From Eledone cirrhosa (taxonomy: Eukaryota): 64,000 nt of DNA. Where the stretch lies: positions 224,936,001 to 225,000,000 of the forward strand of contig OZ024740.1 in NCBI GenBank assembly GCA_964016885.1. Direction: 5' to 3'. The notes beneath the pieces were generated by a model. That model saw only the letters and a program-made list of their open reading frames with translations, was not told the origin of the DNA and made no database searches. Every line of letters begins with the position of its first letter. Position 1 is the first letter of the stretch. Shown here piece by piece: positions 37,694 through 50,699 of this stretch. The position numbers were made by a program, and so were the translations under genes.

Positions 37694-38896
37694 CAGAGTG
37701 TAACAGGTAAATGCGGACCATATTTTTATCTTTATTATAATTAGTATAACTCAGAAAAATCAAACACTGCAAACTTTATGTTTATGCCAGTTTATTGTGG
37801 AGTGTTTAGCACTTATTTCAGAACAATGTGACAGCCATTCGCTTTCTTTACCAGTTCAATCCATTTACGAAATGATGTGCATGCCTTAACTATTTCTTCC
37901 TTTATCATTTTACTAAATGCTCACTTAAATGAAGCCTTCAGTGGACAGTTGCATTAGTTATTGCTTCACCTGTGCCCCATAGCCCAAAATCAAATGGATT
38001 CAAATCTGGTGAGCTATAGGGACAGATATCTTTAGGAATAAACGTGGTCAATTCATTCTTCAAAGATTCTTGCACATTGTTCGACAAATGGATAGACGCA
38101 GAATCCTGTACAAACATGACTTGACTTGAATCATAATACTTCCTAATCCAAGGCAACAAAACTTTTTCTAAGATTTTGAGCTACTCTGCTGTGCCTTTTT
38201 AAGACCCGCTTCAATATAATGAGGAGGCATCAATTTCCCATCAATTGCAACTGCTCCAAAGACCATAATAGAAGCCAGATTGTTGATATACATAACTGAA
38301 GAAACTTGGGATTGGTCGTACACTATCACTCGTAAGTTTTGGCAGTTTGCAATTTTGTCTACCACAAAATTTCTTTTCATACACGAAGATGCAGACGTCT
38401 CTGCCATGATGTTTCAGGTGACTAAGAATGTGGGGGCTTCTCAGCTCAAATGGCTTTAGAGTGGGTAGTTAGGATGTTATGGTGTCTCCTCACATACAAT
38501 TTCATATGGAGGTTTTGTCTCACAACCCTAGAAACGATCATTTTACTGATTCCTCGAGCTTGAGCCAACTTTCCCATCGATTTTGATGAGTTCAACTCAA
38601 TCGATCTTTTAAGCTCTGCTAAGAAGTGAAGTGTGTGTTTTCAGTCCCTGCAAGCACTATGAGGCTTTCACCGAACATACTGACTTTCCTTCAAATTGGC
38701 TACAACTCTAAAAACAGTAGATTTGACATAATTTGTGGCTCTAACAACCTCACCAGCACTTGTGCTGACATGGAATAATTCGGCAATTCCACTTCAATGG
38801 TTTATTTTTTTATTAACATACTATTTTTTTTATTAACATACTATTTCTTATTACAGATTGAACAGATATTTGTCCTAATTTACCTGTTACACCCTG
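37694..38896 (-). mobile_element. Tc1/mariner-superfamily DD37D (maT) transposon, decayed
   Basis: TIRs CAG(A/G)GTGTAACAGGTAAAT flanked by TA. Transposase remnants MVFGAV and QDSASIH...SSPDLNPFD have 37 residues between the second and third Asp. Confidence 0.85.
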
Positions 38897-39210
38897 TATA
38901 TACATATTAAAAATTGTTTCTAGTTTTGGCACAAGGCCAGCAATTACCCAGTGGATTACTGGTACTTTATTTTATCGACCCCCTAGAGAGTATTGAAGTT
39001 TGCTTGAAGCATTGTGGAATAATAAGATATATTTTCTTTAGGTCGTTTTGGAAGCCTCAACAATGCAGATGGGTAATTCTCCGGGTAACAAGGTCTGGTG
39101 GTGAAGAGAGAGATGTAAGTGAATGTAGAATGAGATGTATAGTGTGTAGAAGAACGAAGGAAAGAGCGTAAAAAATAAAAATAATAACACGAGATAGAGT
39201 TACCTTTATG

Positions 39211-39242
<32 letters not shown>

Positions 39243-39549
39243 GATATTAGGTGTGTAACTACAGTTGCAGGTGGCGTGCAAATCAAAACACCCAATTCTG
39301 TTACAAGTTCCATCTTGAGTGTTATGTATTCCAGAGTTAAGGCAGCTGTAATTGTTTATAAGTGTATATACAAAGATCTGAAGGACATCTGTCATCAGTT
39401 TGTCTTTGCACACATAAACTCACATATCTGTTAAGATGTCAAATAAGACTGGGGTTCCATCATCTTAATTGTACTTTAGCTGATCGATATCAAAACAATT
39501 GCAATATGCCAATAAAGTTTGTACATATGCTGCAACGCTTCAATTCTAC

Positions 39550-39552
<3 letters not shown>

Positions 39553-39645
<93 letters not shown>
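39553..39645. repeat. (TA)n microsatellite
   Basis: Read directly from the sequence. Confidence 0.95.
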
Positions 39646-39647
<2 letters not shown>

Positions 39648-39813
39648 TAGATAGGTAAATATACACGGGTGTGTATGATTGTGTATAGAAGATTATATTA
39701 ATAAGAGGAATTCCAACTTTCTCTGATTTACTCGTTTTATTTACAATCCTTTAAAATATATAATGGTATTATAATGAAATAGTATGATAGAATATTAAAT
39801 TCTAAGTGTTAAT

Positions 39814-39852
39814 TGAACAAGTACTTTCATGCTTTCGCAATCTTCAGGTTCA
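39814..39852 (-). ncRNA. Minimal type I hammerhead (left arm of palindrome)
   Basis: Exact reverse complement of 39930..39968. Confidence 0.85.
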
Positions 39853-39929
39853 TAATATATGGTGACTGTCAAGTTTGTAATTTTCAACTGACAGTTGAAA
39901 ATTGCAAACTTGACTGTCACCATATATTA

Positions 39930-39968
39930 TGAACCTGAAGATTGCGAAAGCATGAAAGTACTTGTTCA
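39930..39968 (+). ncRNA. Minimal type I hammerhead (right arm of palindrome)
   Basis: tgaac-CTGAAGA-ttgc gaaa gcat-GAAA-gtac-TT-gttca. Stem III region is the palindrome AAGTACTT. Confidence 0.85.
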
Positions 39969-40080
39969 ATTAACACTTAGAATTTAATATTCTATCATAC
40001 TATTTCATTATAATACCATTATATATTTTAAAGGATTGTAAATAAAACGAGTAAATCAGACAAAGTTGGAATTCCTCTTA

Positions 40081-40115
<35 letters not shown>

Positions 40116-40209
40116 GTGGAATACTGGAAGGTAATATCCGTGGTGGTAGAGCACTCAGTCCAAGGGACGAGTTAGGTAGATGTGGTTACACAATAGTTAG
40201 TTCACCATA

Positions 40210-40249
40210 CTGAGAACAATTGTTTCACATTAGCGGATCTTCAGTTCGG
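40210..40249 (-). ncRNA. Mirror copy of the 42067 hammerhead with damaged stem I
   Basis: ccgaa-CTGAAGA-tccgctaatgt-GAAA-caattg-TT-ctcag. Confidence 0.7.
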
Positions 40250-40281
40250 GATGGGCATGGTTATAGGAACAGGAAGGACAA

Positions 40282-41899
40282 GGAACTTGCCGCCGCCCTT
40301 AAGGTAGATAAGAAGCTACAATCTCTAGCTAAGCGGGAGGCGTTCCTCACCCTGAAAGATCACAAGATAGACTTTACTTCTAACCCTAAATGTAGACTAA
40401 TAAACCCGGCACGCACAGATATGGGACTAGTCAGTAAGACCATACTTAGAAACATAGTTAAGACCATTAGGACCAAGTCCAACCTGCCATATTGGGAGAA
40501 CAGCGACTCCGTAATTAATGGTTTAACTCCTTAAAATAAAAAAAGCGAAGTTCACACAGTTTGACATTGTCGATTTTCTCCCGTCGATCTCAGAGACCCT
40601 GTTAAACAAAGCGTTGGACTTCGCTACCACTTATACCACCGTCGATGGTTTAGACAGGGAAATCATCGCTCACTGCCGGAAAACCCTCCTCTTCAACGAC
40701 GGAGTAGCCTGGGCAAAGAAGTCTGCATCTTCAGACCTGTTCGACGCCTCCATGGGATCGTTTGACACTGCTTTTATCTTAGACATATTACGTGTTAGAT
40801 TCCCGGACTTCCACACTGGAATATACCGTGACGATGGACTGAGTTTATCGAGCCATAAAAGTGGTCACGACCTCAACCGGTTTAAAAAAGACTTAGCTTC
40901 TACTTTCAATGAGTTAGGCCTTGGGATAACAGTAGCCACAAACCTCTCTAGCGATTTCTTAGACATTAATTTAGACCTTCGCACCCACACCCACAGATCC
41001 TTCCACAAGCTAAACGAGAAACTTAATTACATCCACAAGGACTCATGCCTCCCTCCCACTGTTTTTAGAATTTTCGTTAAGAATATCAGTACTAGAATCT
41101 CAAACCTCTCCTCTAATAAGGCTATCTTTGACAGGGCGGCACCCTACTATAACACGGCGTTGACTAACAGCGGCTTCTCACAACCCATCACTTACTCTCC
41201 CACTAGCAACAACACATTTAAGAAAAGTAAGCGTAACAATAGGCAAACTATTTGGTTCTCTTCTCCTTTCTCACTCAACGTAAAAACCAATGTAGGAAAA
41301 ACATTTCTAGCCCTCTTAGATAGACACTTTCCCATAGGTCATAAATACCGCCCCATCTTTAACCGACACAAAGTTAAACTAGGACACTCCTGCGCTAAGA
41401 ACATGAAGGCCCACATCACCAGCACCCCTAGGAGTAACACCCACCAGGGTTCTTTTGCCGTAAGCCTGAAGCTTGCCCTCTTCAACAGCAATGCAACACA
41501 TTAACTGCAATCTATGAAGCTGTGGTCACTTCCAACCGACCAAACGAACCCCAGGAGGTCAAATCCTATGTGGGCATGGTGGAGGGCCAATTCAAGGAAC
41601 GTTTCCTGAACCACCAGTCTACCGTCAGACACCCGGACATACGTTCATCCACGGAACTTGCGTGCCACGTATGGTCCCTCAAGGACTAAAGTACAGACTA
41701 CTCCATCCAATGGAAAGCCATCACTAAGTCGAAACCATACGCAAGAGGAAATCCGACGTGTGGCTTATGTATTGACGAACGAATAACTATTCTAAAGAGA
41801 TTACGGAATAGTGATTGCCTAAACACAAGAAGTGAATTTTTCACACGTTGTCCACACGTCGCCAAATACCTATTACATAACTACAAGGCTCCGGGCTGA
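40282..41899 (+). pseudogene. PLE RT plus GIY-YIG ORF with frameshifts and stops
   Basis: TLKDHK..CRLINPA, QFDIVDF, GIYRDDGL, DFLDINLDL, CRKPEACPLQQQC, IYEA...SYVG...FKERFLNH and CGLCIDE. Confidence 0.9.
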
Positions 41900-42066
41900 T
41901 TCTTTGTATTTTTATTTTATTTTCAACCTAAAAACTTTTCGGGCTTTCGCAGTTATCTCCCTTACACCTCTCGGACGCAGTCTAGTATTGCCTGTGTGAA
42001 GTGACCGGGTTTCTGCGCATGCGCGTTCGTACGGTTGTCATTCCTGTTCATATAACCATGCCCATC

Positions 42067-42106
42067 CCGAGCTGATGATCTGCTAAAGTGAAACAATTGT
42101 TCTCGG
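42067..42106 (+). ncRNA. Minimal type I hammerhead ribozyme in the PLE 3' end
   Basis: ccgag-CTGATGA-tct gctaa agt-GAAA-caattg-TT-ctcgg. Stem I extends with ccat/atgg and stem III is the palindrome CAATTG. Confidence 0.88.
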
Positions 42107-42134
42107 TATGGTGAACTAACTGTTGTGTAACCAC

Positions 42135-42198
<64 letters not shown>

Positions 42199-42427
42199 TT
42201 TTGCTCTACATGGCTCAATACATCATCATCATTATCATCATCATCATCATCATTGTTTAACGTCCATCTTCCATGCTAGCATGGGTCTACAATAAATGTA
42301 ATCTAAGTTTTTTTAATATTAATAATAACATTCGATTCGTTTGCAATTATGCAAACAAGCCTCATTTTTAAAGCTATGTCAGTAGAAAGAACCCTTCGTT
42401 CTTGCTCTTGTGTTGGCATGTAAACAG

Positions 42428-42476
42428 AACTGCAGACACTAATGTTTCTGGGTTATCACTCTTCATCAGTACAGCT
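42428..42476 (-). ncRNA. Type I hammerhead ribozyme
   Basis: Minus strand reads agctgta-CTGATGA-agagt gata accca-GAAA-ca ttag tg-TC-tgcagtt. Stem I is 7 bp, the triplet is GUC, and stem II has one mismatch. Confidence 0.8.
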
Positions 42477-42540
42477 CACTATTCACCTGCCAACTGTCAG
42501 AGCTAGTGAAAATATATGGATTTTCAAAAATATACAGTGA

Positions 42541-42639
42541 CTGATCGGCCTGATCTGCATATTAGCAAACTGGATGATCAGTCAGATCTGCATATTAGCA
42601 CATCCGCTGATCAGCCAGGTTTGCATATCAGCAAAATGG
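42541..42639. repeat. 3 x 33-bp minisatellite
   Basis: tgatc.g.c.g.t.tgcatat.agca is repeated three times. Confidence 0.85.
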
Positions 42640-43375
42640 CCAGTCAATTTCCTGTATACGAGCGATAAATGGCCTGCTTTGCCACATTCAAATAAAAATA
42701 AAAAAATTACCCAGAATCATTAGTGTCTGCAGTTCTGTTTACATACCAACACTAGAGCAAGAATGAAGTTGTTCATTCTACTGACATGGCTTTTAAAATG
42801 AGGCTTGTTTGCATAATTGCAAACGAATCGAATGTTATTATTAATATTCGAAAAACTTAGATTACATTTATTGTATTCAGCCACGTAGAACGAACATTTT
42901 TTTTTTATTTGAATGTGGCAACACACGATTTCATATCAAAAACCTTGTAAAACATATATATATATATATATATTACGTCTTTTATATAATTGTTCTACAT
43001 CTCTTTGTATTGACCACAAAGTTACTAAGACAAAACCTATATCTTTGCTAGCGTAAGTATACATCTGTATAAATATGTTGGTAGATATACTAATTCTTTA
43101 TAATTTGCTCCAAATTATTTTGTTGAGCAAAAGTTTGCCTAAATTACTATTATGGTTCATAGTATTAGTTTGGCTACTGTCTTTTTAACACCCCACTCCT
43201 CACTGATTAACCTCGATGTCACATGATTGATTCTTTTGAATTGCCACTGACCAGGAAGGCAGTAAAATTTTCAATGTCTTGGAATTTAGTCTGCGCTTGC
43301 TTTTTTCCATCTACTGAATTATTTTTGTATAAGTACCCTGTGTCGGCGTATTGCCAGGAATCTTAGCCGAGAATG

Positions 43376-43458
43376 ACACCCTGATGAAGAAAGGATTCTC
43401 GATGGTCTCCATTTGAAAACTATGTATATCCTCTTTCAGAAACTAATTAGTTGGAGTG
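43376..43458 (+). ncRNA. Hammerhead-like motif with long stem II insertion and degenerate stem I
   Basis: acacc-CTGATGA-agaaaggat...atcctctttca-GAAA-ctaattag-TT-ggagtg. Stem III is the palindrome CTAATTAG. Confidence 0.6.
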
Positions 43459-43712
43459 AAATTTAAGTAAGTAAGTAAATTACTATAATTTTCTTATTTT
43501 ACGTCTTTTATATATAAATGTATATACGTCCGTCTGGGAAGAGATATATTCGATATGTCTCATATGAAATAATACAGACAATTTTCCACACAATACATTT
43601 AGTTAGCACCCCAAACGTTTAATTAGGAATATGCTCACTTATGTCCTAATGTTTGTTGAGTGAGTTGGAATTTGGCCGGATTATCGCTAAAAGCTTTCTC
43701 CGATAATGTATT

Positions 43713-43777
<65 letters not shown>

Positions 43778-45639
43778 TATATATATATGCATATATATAT
43801 ATACACACATGTATATATCCATATATGTATATATATGATTGTATATGTATTTCAATAAAGGTCATAAATAAAAAGATTAGAGGAAATGATCTGCATGAAG
43901 TGTATATATACAAATAGCGTCTCACTGTCTGAGTATGGTGAATGAGTGCAACCCTCAATTATCTGAGGTTATTCTTGCCATTTCAAGTCCACAACTCTCT
44001 TTAGAGGATGTTCAGGTAATGGGAAGCAATCAAGGTAGAGATGGTTTTCCCCTTGGTTGAACCAAGTCTTTTGGAAGAATTTCAGATAATGCTGTTGGGC
44101 TTCTTACCCATTCAACATATTCAGACAGCAAGATTCTATTTGTATATGTAAATATATTTTATGTTGAGTGTTCCCCTCAAGAATTTTCCTCTCTACTCTT
44201 TGTTATATTGCATAATCAACACATAATTTATCTCCCTTTTTCTCGAATCTGAATTTGGCCATTCTAGTTTAATGAGCTTGCTGAATAAATGTGCTTCACT
44301 GAAAAGATCTATTAAGATCAAGTTATATCCATTGCTTTCAACAAGTTAGCTTATAGACAATGCCCACTCTCACTGTCAAATTTCTTTTCGTTTTAGTGGT
44401 TGTTGTGAGCCAAACACATCACCCACACATATGTTTGTGATATTTAAATCATCATGCAACACATTCAAATTTGTAAATGAATTCTGCCCATGTAAGTTTG
44501 GCTAAGTAAATGTAAAAGAAAAACATGTGAGCAAATGATGGAACAAGTGACCAAATGAAAAGAACAATTGAATGGTTGAATAGAACCATGATCTGAAATT
44601 CAAGGAATAGAAACTATTGGCAACATGATATTCTGAGTCCTATTCAAAATGTGTGAATGTAATTATCAGCAGTCATACTAAATAATCTTAGTTACTAATG
44701 GACAAAGCAGAACCTGTGTACACAAGTAAAAGCAAAATGAATTTCATCTTTCACATCTTTCTCATCCCCTCCTCTTTTCTGCTGATTCATCCTCTAATTT
44801 ATTGATCAATGGACATCTAATGAGCATATTTTATTTTTTTTATTTTATTTTCGCAGCCTTCATAATAGTTTACTCTTTCTTTCTATAGCTGATTGTTTGA
44901 GAAACACATAGACACATGTCTAATTTAGATACCACTAATGAACCTGCAACCCGCAGGATATATTGTTATTCTCATAGGCCTTAGCAGTCAGATGAAACAA
45001 TTTTTATCTTTATGCACTACATTTCACTCACTTGAAACTACTGCCTCTTCTCTGTCATCTACATATCATTTTGAGAAGCTAACAATAGTTGTTTACTTAG
45101 TTAATTTTCAGTCACTTTACTTCCAAACTGTACATATGGATGAGCAAATAAAATAAATGTATGGAAAATATGGAAGAATTGATTTTTGTAAGATGTATTC
45201 AGAAGTTCAAATCTTTCGTAATCCACCAAGCGTTTTGGGTGCCAATGATGAAGTTGATATTTCCATTGTGTGTCAAGTAAAAGCTAACTTCTTTTTGTCT
45301 ATCCAATTCTGAGCGTTCACTCAAGTTAAAATCTGTAGAATTGATAGACAATGATTGAGAGGGGAATTGAAATATTCATGTCTTTCTCCATTAATGATGT
45401 ATGTGAATAAAATGTCTCTAATTAAGAATCATGAATGGTTATCAAATGTTACATGTCCAAGATATAATTCTACTCACTGACATTTATCAAATATTAATGA
45501 GAGATAACACTAAACATGTGTCAAATCAGTTCTACAATTTAATCAAAATCATTGGAGGTGAAGTATTTATGGATTTTTCAGGCCCTCCCAATCTATTAAG
45601 ATCTATGCCTTTGATGTTCAATTTGAAATTTTGTATTTT

Positions 45640-46500
45640 TATGATTGTAGGAAAAAATAGGGAGAGGCAGTTTCCTAGGACTGAAGTTATAGGTAGGAAT
45701 GACTCAGCAAAGTTTTGGGTGTGGGAGGTGAAATACAACAGAGCTGATAAGAGGAGAGAAGAGGCATGAGTTTAGTCAGGGCACATAGTATGCAGCATGC
45801 TAATTCAGAACATTGAATTAACAGCTGGGAAACCAGAGCAAGTATAGGCTAATATTTGTAGTGTGCTTGTGTCTGTATGTGGTAGACCTAATCTGTTACC
45901 CAGTGTAACTACACGACCTAGACTTTAGATGCTCTTCATGGATTTCACACTGTCACAAACATATAGACCTGGTTTCCTTTATCCCTTTCTCACACCAGTC
46001 TTGGAGACTCTGAAAATGGTTATCGACACAGCCTTATACTTTTTGTCTAAATAGTATAAGAAACCTAGACAAATGTCTTTATTTATGTTGCTAGTTTGTG
46101 TGTTAGCTGAGCTTTGTAGGTGATCAAAAACAATTCATATATTTTCTGTTGTTAAAGCTTTGTTTAGGGATTCCAGCTTGGCAGTATTATACATATGTGT
46201 GAGGTTACTTTGAGAGATTCTCACACACTGTAAGGTCTAGAATTTATAATAACGTTAAACATCTTAGCTGTTAGGTTTTCATGTTAGTATAGGATAATGT
46301 AAGAATGTTCCTTTTATATCTGTGTTGTTGAAGGAGCCCAAGTTGGCATATCCTTACTGGAATATATTTCTGAGATCACTGATCATGGAAGTGAGATGTC
46401 TAGATTTCAGGAAGTGGCATCTGTCTATGCAAGGTTAAGACAGAATGAGAAAAATGTTTCCTCTGCTTATACGAGTGTGTGTTTTTAAGAAACAAGTAGG
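45640..46500 (-). pseudogene. CR1/L2-like LINE 3' relic
   Basis: Minus-strand SFLPITSVLGN resembles the C-terminal FFPRT..WN.LP motif, with an upstream decayed EY..W segment. Confidence 0.4.
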
Positions 46501-46719
46501 TCCTCAATATTCATAAAGCTAAATGTGTGGGAATATAGACGATCTTATGTACACTAGATTTGATATGTCAGCATCATCATCATTTAATGTCTATTTACCA
46601 TGCCAGCATGGGTTAGACTAGTTGTCCCATTTGAGATAAGTCTGGTCAGGTGGCCATGTCTTGCTCATACAGAAATGTTTCTGACCTGATTTCTATGGCT
46701 GGATACCCTTCCTAACACC

Positions 46720-46910
46720 AACCACATTTACACTGGAGGCCGGGTGCAATTTGTCATGACATCTACATGACCACTTTACAGTGTGGACCGGGTGTTTTAT
46801 ATCAAAGCTATGTAATGACCAATTTACAGTGTGGACTGGGCGCCTTTCGTTGTGATACCAACATGACCAATTTACAGTGTGGACTGGGCAATATTTGTTA
46901 TGTTACAAAC
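46720..46910. repeat. ~48-bp minisatellite (4 units) within a SINE-like element
   Basis: atgacca.tttacagtgtggac.ggg is repeated. Confidence 0.75.
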
Positions 46911-49900
46911 ATGAATACTATATCAGTACTTTTTAACAGGTGGTGGCTAACTCTCAGCAATGCAACAAGTAATCAGCAATATAGCAAACAGCAAGCAACA
47001 ATTTGTATGCTGTATGTTATAAAAGAAAATGAAAAAAAACAAAAAAAAACCCAATTCGATGCTACCCTTAAAATCAGAAAACAATCAGCTTTGAGTTGTC
47101 GAAATTGAGAGTAACAAGGTAGTACTTGTTAGATTCAAAGAGATTATTATTTTATGGAATTTGACAGTGTCATGTTGCTATAGATCCAGAGAGCTGCCTG
47201 TAGATAGATAAGTTTAATGTGGAGCAGAGCTAACTCAGGGATGTATATTTAGTTTCAAGGTAATGGAAGGGATACTGATTGGAACAATCTTCTTGTTGGG
47301 TTGAAATGATTGGACATGATTTTACACTTAGTAATTGTGTGTGTGTTAGTGAGTATGTGTGTGTGTGTTTGTTCATGTGTGTATGTGTGTTAGTGTGTGT
47401 AAGTGCATATGTGGGTGTGCTTGCATGTGTGTTTATGTGTGTGAGTGTGTATGTGTGCTTGGAAGCAAAACATTTAGCAAATTTGAAGGCTTCATCTGCC
47501 AGATAACCCCTTACAAAGCTATCAAGGTTGAGAAGTAGCTGCAAAATCATTAGAAACCCTAAGGGTATCGAATTAGATAGTCAGGGCATACAGTTATAAG
47601 GAACATTACTTCAAACAGTCCATTCAATGCATGAAAGCATTCCTATCTTTCCTGGTAGTTGTTTTACATGGTTGCTAGTTACAGGTAATCAACTGTATGG
47701 TTGTGATGGAGAATGACATTCTCTAAATGTTGTAAGTTACTTTCTTCTTACTTTATCTGAGTCTATGCTTTCTAAACTAAACATAAATCTACCTGTATGT
47801 CTTTGGCACACAGGGAATGAGAGATAAAGGATTTCCACAACATTTTTGACACTCAAAGATTTAAAAGAAAATGTAACTTAAATACATATTGTAAGTATCA
47901 TAGAGTTGAAGTCTGAGATCTCACAAGCTGAGTTTGAGATTTTCTTTTAAGTTTGTTTGAAACTATTTCTCATTACTTGTGCTACTAATGTTATTTAGAA
48001 AGTTATAAACCCTAAGTAATTCCATTTCTCTACTCCCATAATTTTGACACCTTTTGCCATGTTAAAAATTGTTTATGCACAATTTGGAAGGAATTCCATT
48101 GAATTTTACTCTGCTGTTCTAATTGTAAATATGTTATTGTTTCGTTTCTTGGCAGAGCTGTTCTGCTAGAGAACAGGTCACAGGTGGCAGATATCTATTC
48201 AGTCTATGGTCACTAATCATAAGTAATGACTAAAAGAATATGATCGTGAATAAAAGTGGCCGAAATGGGGTTTCTCTGAAGAGTCTTTTGGAGTAACATT
48301 ACTCGATAGAGTGCATAGCTCGCAGATCAGAGAGTCACTCTATCTAGAGCCACTATTTTTTTGAATCACAGCTCCAATACTATCGGCATGTGGTTAGAAT
48401 GTCTCAGGAAAGAATCGCTGGACAGATTTTACAGGGAAAACCAACCGGCAGGGGACCCAGTGTTAGACTCTAAGCAAGATGGTTGGATAACATCCATAAA
48501 CTTGGCTGGTCTTCCTTGGGAATCCAGATGGAGATGGTTGCTTCTGACAGGACCTGCTGGAAGGAGTGTTTAGGGACTCTGCCCCCATGTCCGTCTCATG
48601 AAAAAAAGGGCAAAAAAGAAGAATTGTTTTGTGCCATTCTAAATACCTGGAAATGGCATATCAACCAAACAAAGATTGCTTTATCATTAATGATTTCATT
48701 AGAGGGAGACGACTGTAGATCTGAACAAGATCTCATTAGTCCTATATACTAAGGACATCACAATATGGATATGCACAGGCTGATCATTCGGTAAACACCA
48801 TCATTGATCTAAGCAAGAACTCATCAGTGATTATAGTTCTAAGGACATCACAATATGGATATGCACAGGCTGGTTATTCAGCAAATACCTTCTAGCTCTG
48901 TGCAAACACAGGAGCTTGTCTTCTTGGGCTCTTGAACACTATGCAAGATCCTGATAGGTAGCACTATGTATTTGAACAAATCCAAGGAAACTCAACCCAG
49001 TGATGATTGGAAAATATTTGTTTACAGTTCAGTTTTCTTCTTCAAACTAATGGTTTCTGGATCAAGGATTAAAACCAGACAATTTTTCAGAATCAATGTG
49101 GAATTCATACATGTAAATTTAATGAGAACAATCTCACATTGCTGCATTTCACTGAGCTGTTTGAGCATCCGTTGATTAAGGGAAATATGATGATTCTTTG
49201 CAGATTGCTTCGGGATAAAAACAAATCAGAAAGAAAAACCTCTTCAAATCGTTTGATGCTTAAAATGTGAATTGCAGATTTATTCTACCAAATATTAATC
49301 ACAGAAATTATTAGAAGCTGTTCATCTTCTCATACCATAATAAGAATAAAGATTAAAACTACTTCACCATAAATGCCATTATCATATCAATATTATTATG
49401 CATTTTCATATCAATATTATTCAGTATTATCATTATTATTATTATTATCATTGTTGTTGTTGTTAACACATACCACTGCTATTAATACTATCTTGAAACC
49501 AGTACTTTGAATTTACTGATTTTCTCAGAGGCATTTTACCTCCATTTAAAAAATAAAATAAAATAAAGTAAAATGAGATAAAACATAATAAAAGATATAT
49601 CAAGAAAGTATGGCTAAATGCAATATCTTTCATGCTTTTTGAACAACTTATGTGTTAAACTGATTTTCAAATTGTTCTTTCTCCTGTCTCTGCTCAAGGC
49701 TTTTCAGTCTTATTATCAATTCAAAACTTATTTTCTTCATGAAATCACACAGAGATTTAATTCATCACTAAAGGAATAAAAAGAAAAAAATGAAAAAAAA
49801 AAAGCTATAAACCATAAGCCTTCCTTACAGATTTTCACACACTTTTACCAATGATTTGTTGAACCGTAATGCCATATTTACATTCAAGTAAACATCAGAT

Positions 49901-50699
49901 ATTAACAAACAATGAAATATCAAAAAAGCAAAAGCTGTTTTGCATGGCTCAGCAACTAAAGATTTCCAAGTGCAAGAAAAGAGAAAAAACAAAAGAAGTA
50001 TTGTAATAAAATATATGAAATAATAATAATAATAATAATAATAGAATGGAATTGGTAAGGAATGCAATTGGTACTTTCAAGAGAAGAAGGAAGCATGCAA
50101 ATCGTTTCACAGACAATGGCAATTTTTCTTAGAAGATATGAATATGTTTAGTATGATATTCTTTTGCACATTTGTAAATTTTTATATTGGTTGCAGTAGA
50201 AAAGTGTTCTGCTTATAGTTATATAAGCAAGATTGTCACCGAATGGTGCAGTTACATGACTAATGATGCATAAGGTTATAAGTTCAATATCTGCTACTGT
50301 TATTAAAATATGAATTTTATGTATTACCATACATAGAATTTAGTCAAGCATTAACTGAATGAGCACTCAACACATAAGTAGAGTAGTCTTTTCATTGTAA
50401 GGATTAATACTTGTTATTGTTATTTTGTTTTAAACTTAAAGAAGGTTACATTATATTTTTTCAGTCTAGCAACAGTGTGTAAGAGTAAATGTTATGTCTA
50501 ATGTAGAACATTCTATATTTTTCATACTGGGGACACACTTTTTAAAATTAAAAGTGACACATTAATTTTTTTCAGTGACATGAAATTAACAAATTTAGTA
50601 CATAAACAATTACATGTCTTTTATGTGTTTGATTACACACAGTTTAATTAAATAAACCTCACAATAGATATTGGGAACTTTTGGCAAGATTTACAGCTG

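Larger units (their letters stand above)
39694..40088. repeat. 395-bp near-perfect palindrome
   Basis: 197-bp arms around a single central nucleotide at 39891, with 3 mismatches counted by eye. Confidence 0.95.
40113..42137 (+). mobile_element. Second Penelope-like element (Naiad-type), older, 5'-truncated with inverted pLTR fragment
   Basis: 100-bp inverted repeats (40182..40281 and 42035..42134, 8 mismatches) surround a disrupted RT-GIY-YIG ORF. (TA)n lies on both sides. Confidence 0.9.
42288..42921 (-). mobile_element. Non-coding HHR-bearing element with nested inverted repeats
   Basis: ~166-bp inverted arms at 42288..42453 and 42709..42875. A 20-bp IR at 42679..42698 and 42902..42921. 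An internal 3 x 33-bp tandem array. Confidence 0.75.

Noticed and set aside
42541-42639. CRISPR-like array (also 46720..46910)
   Set aside because: These are contiguous degenerate tandem units without unique spacers, in a eukaryotic context with no cas genes.
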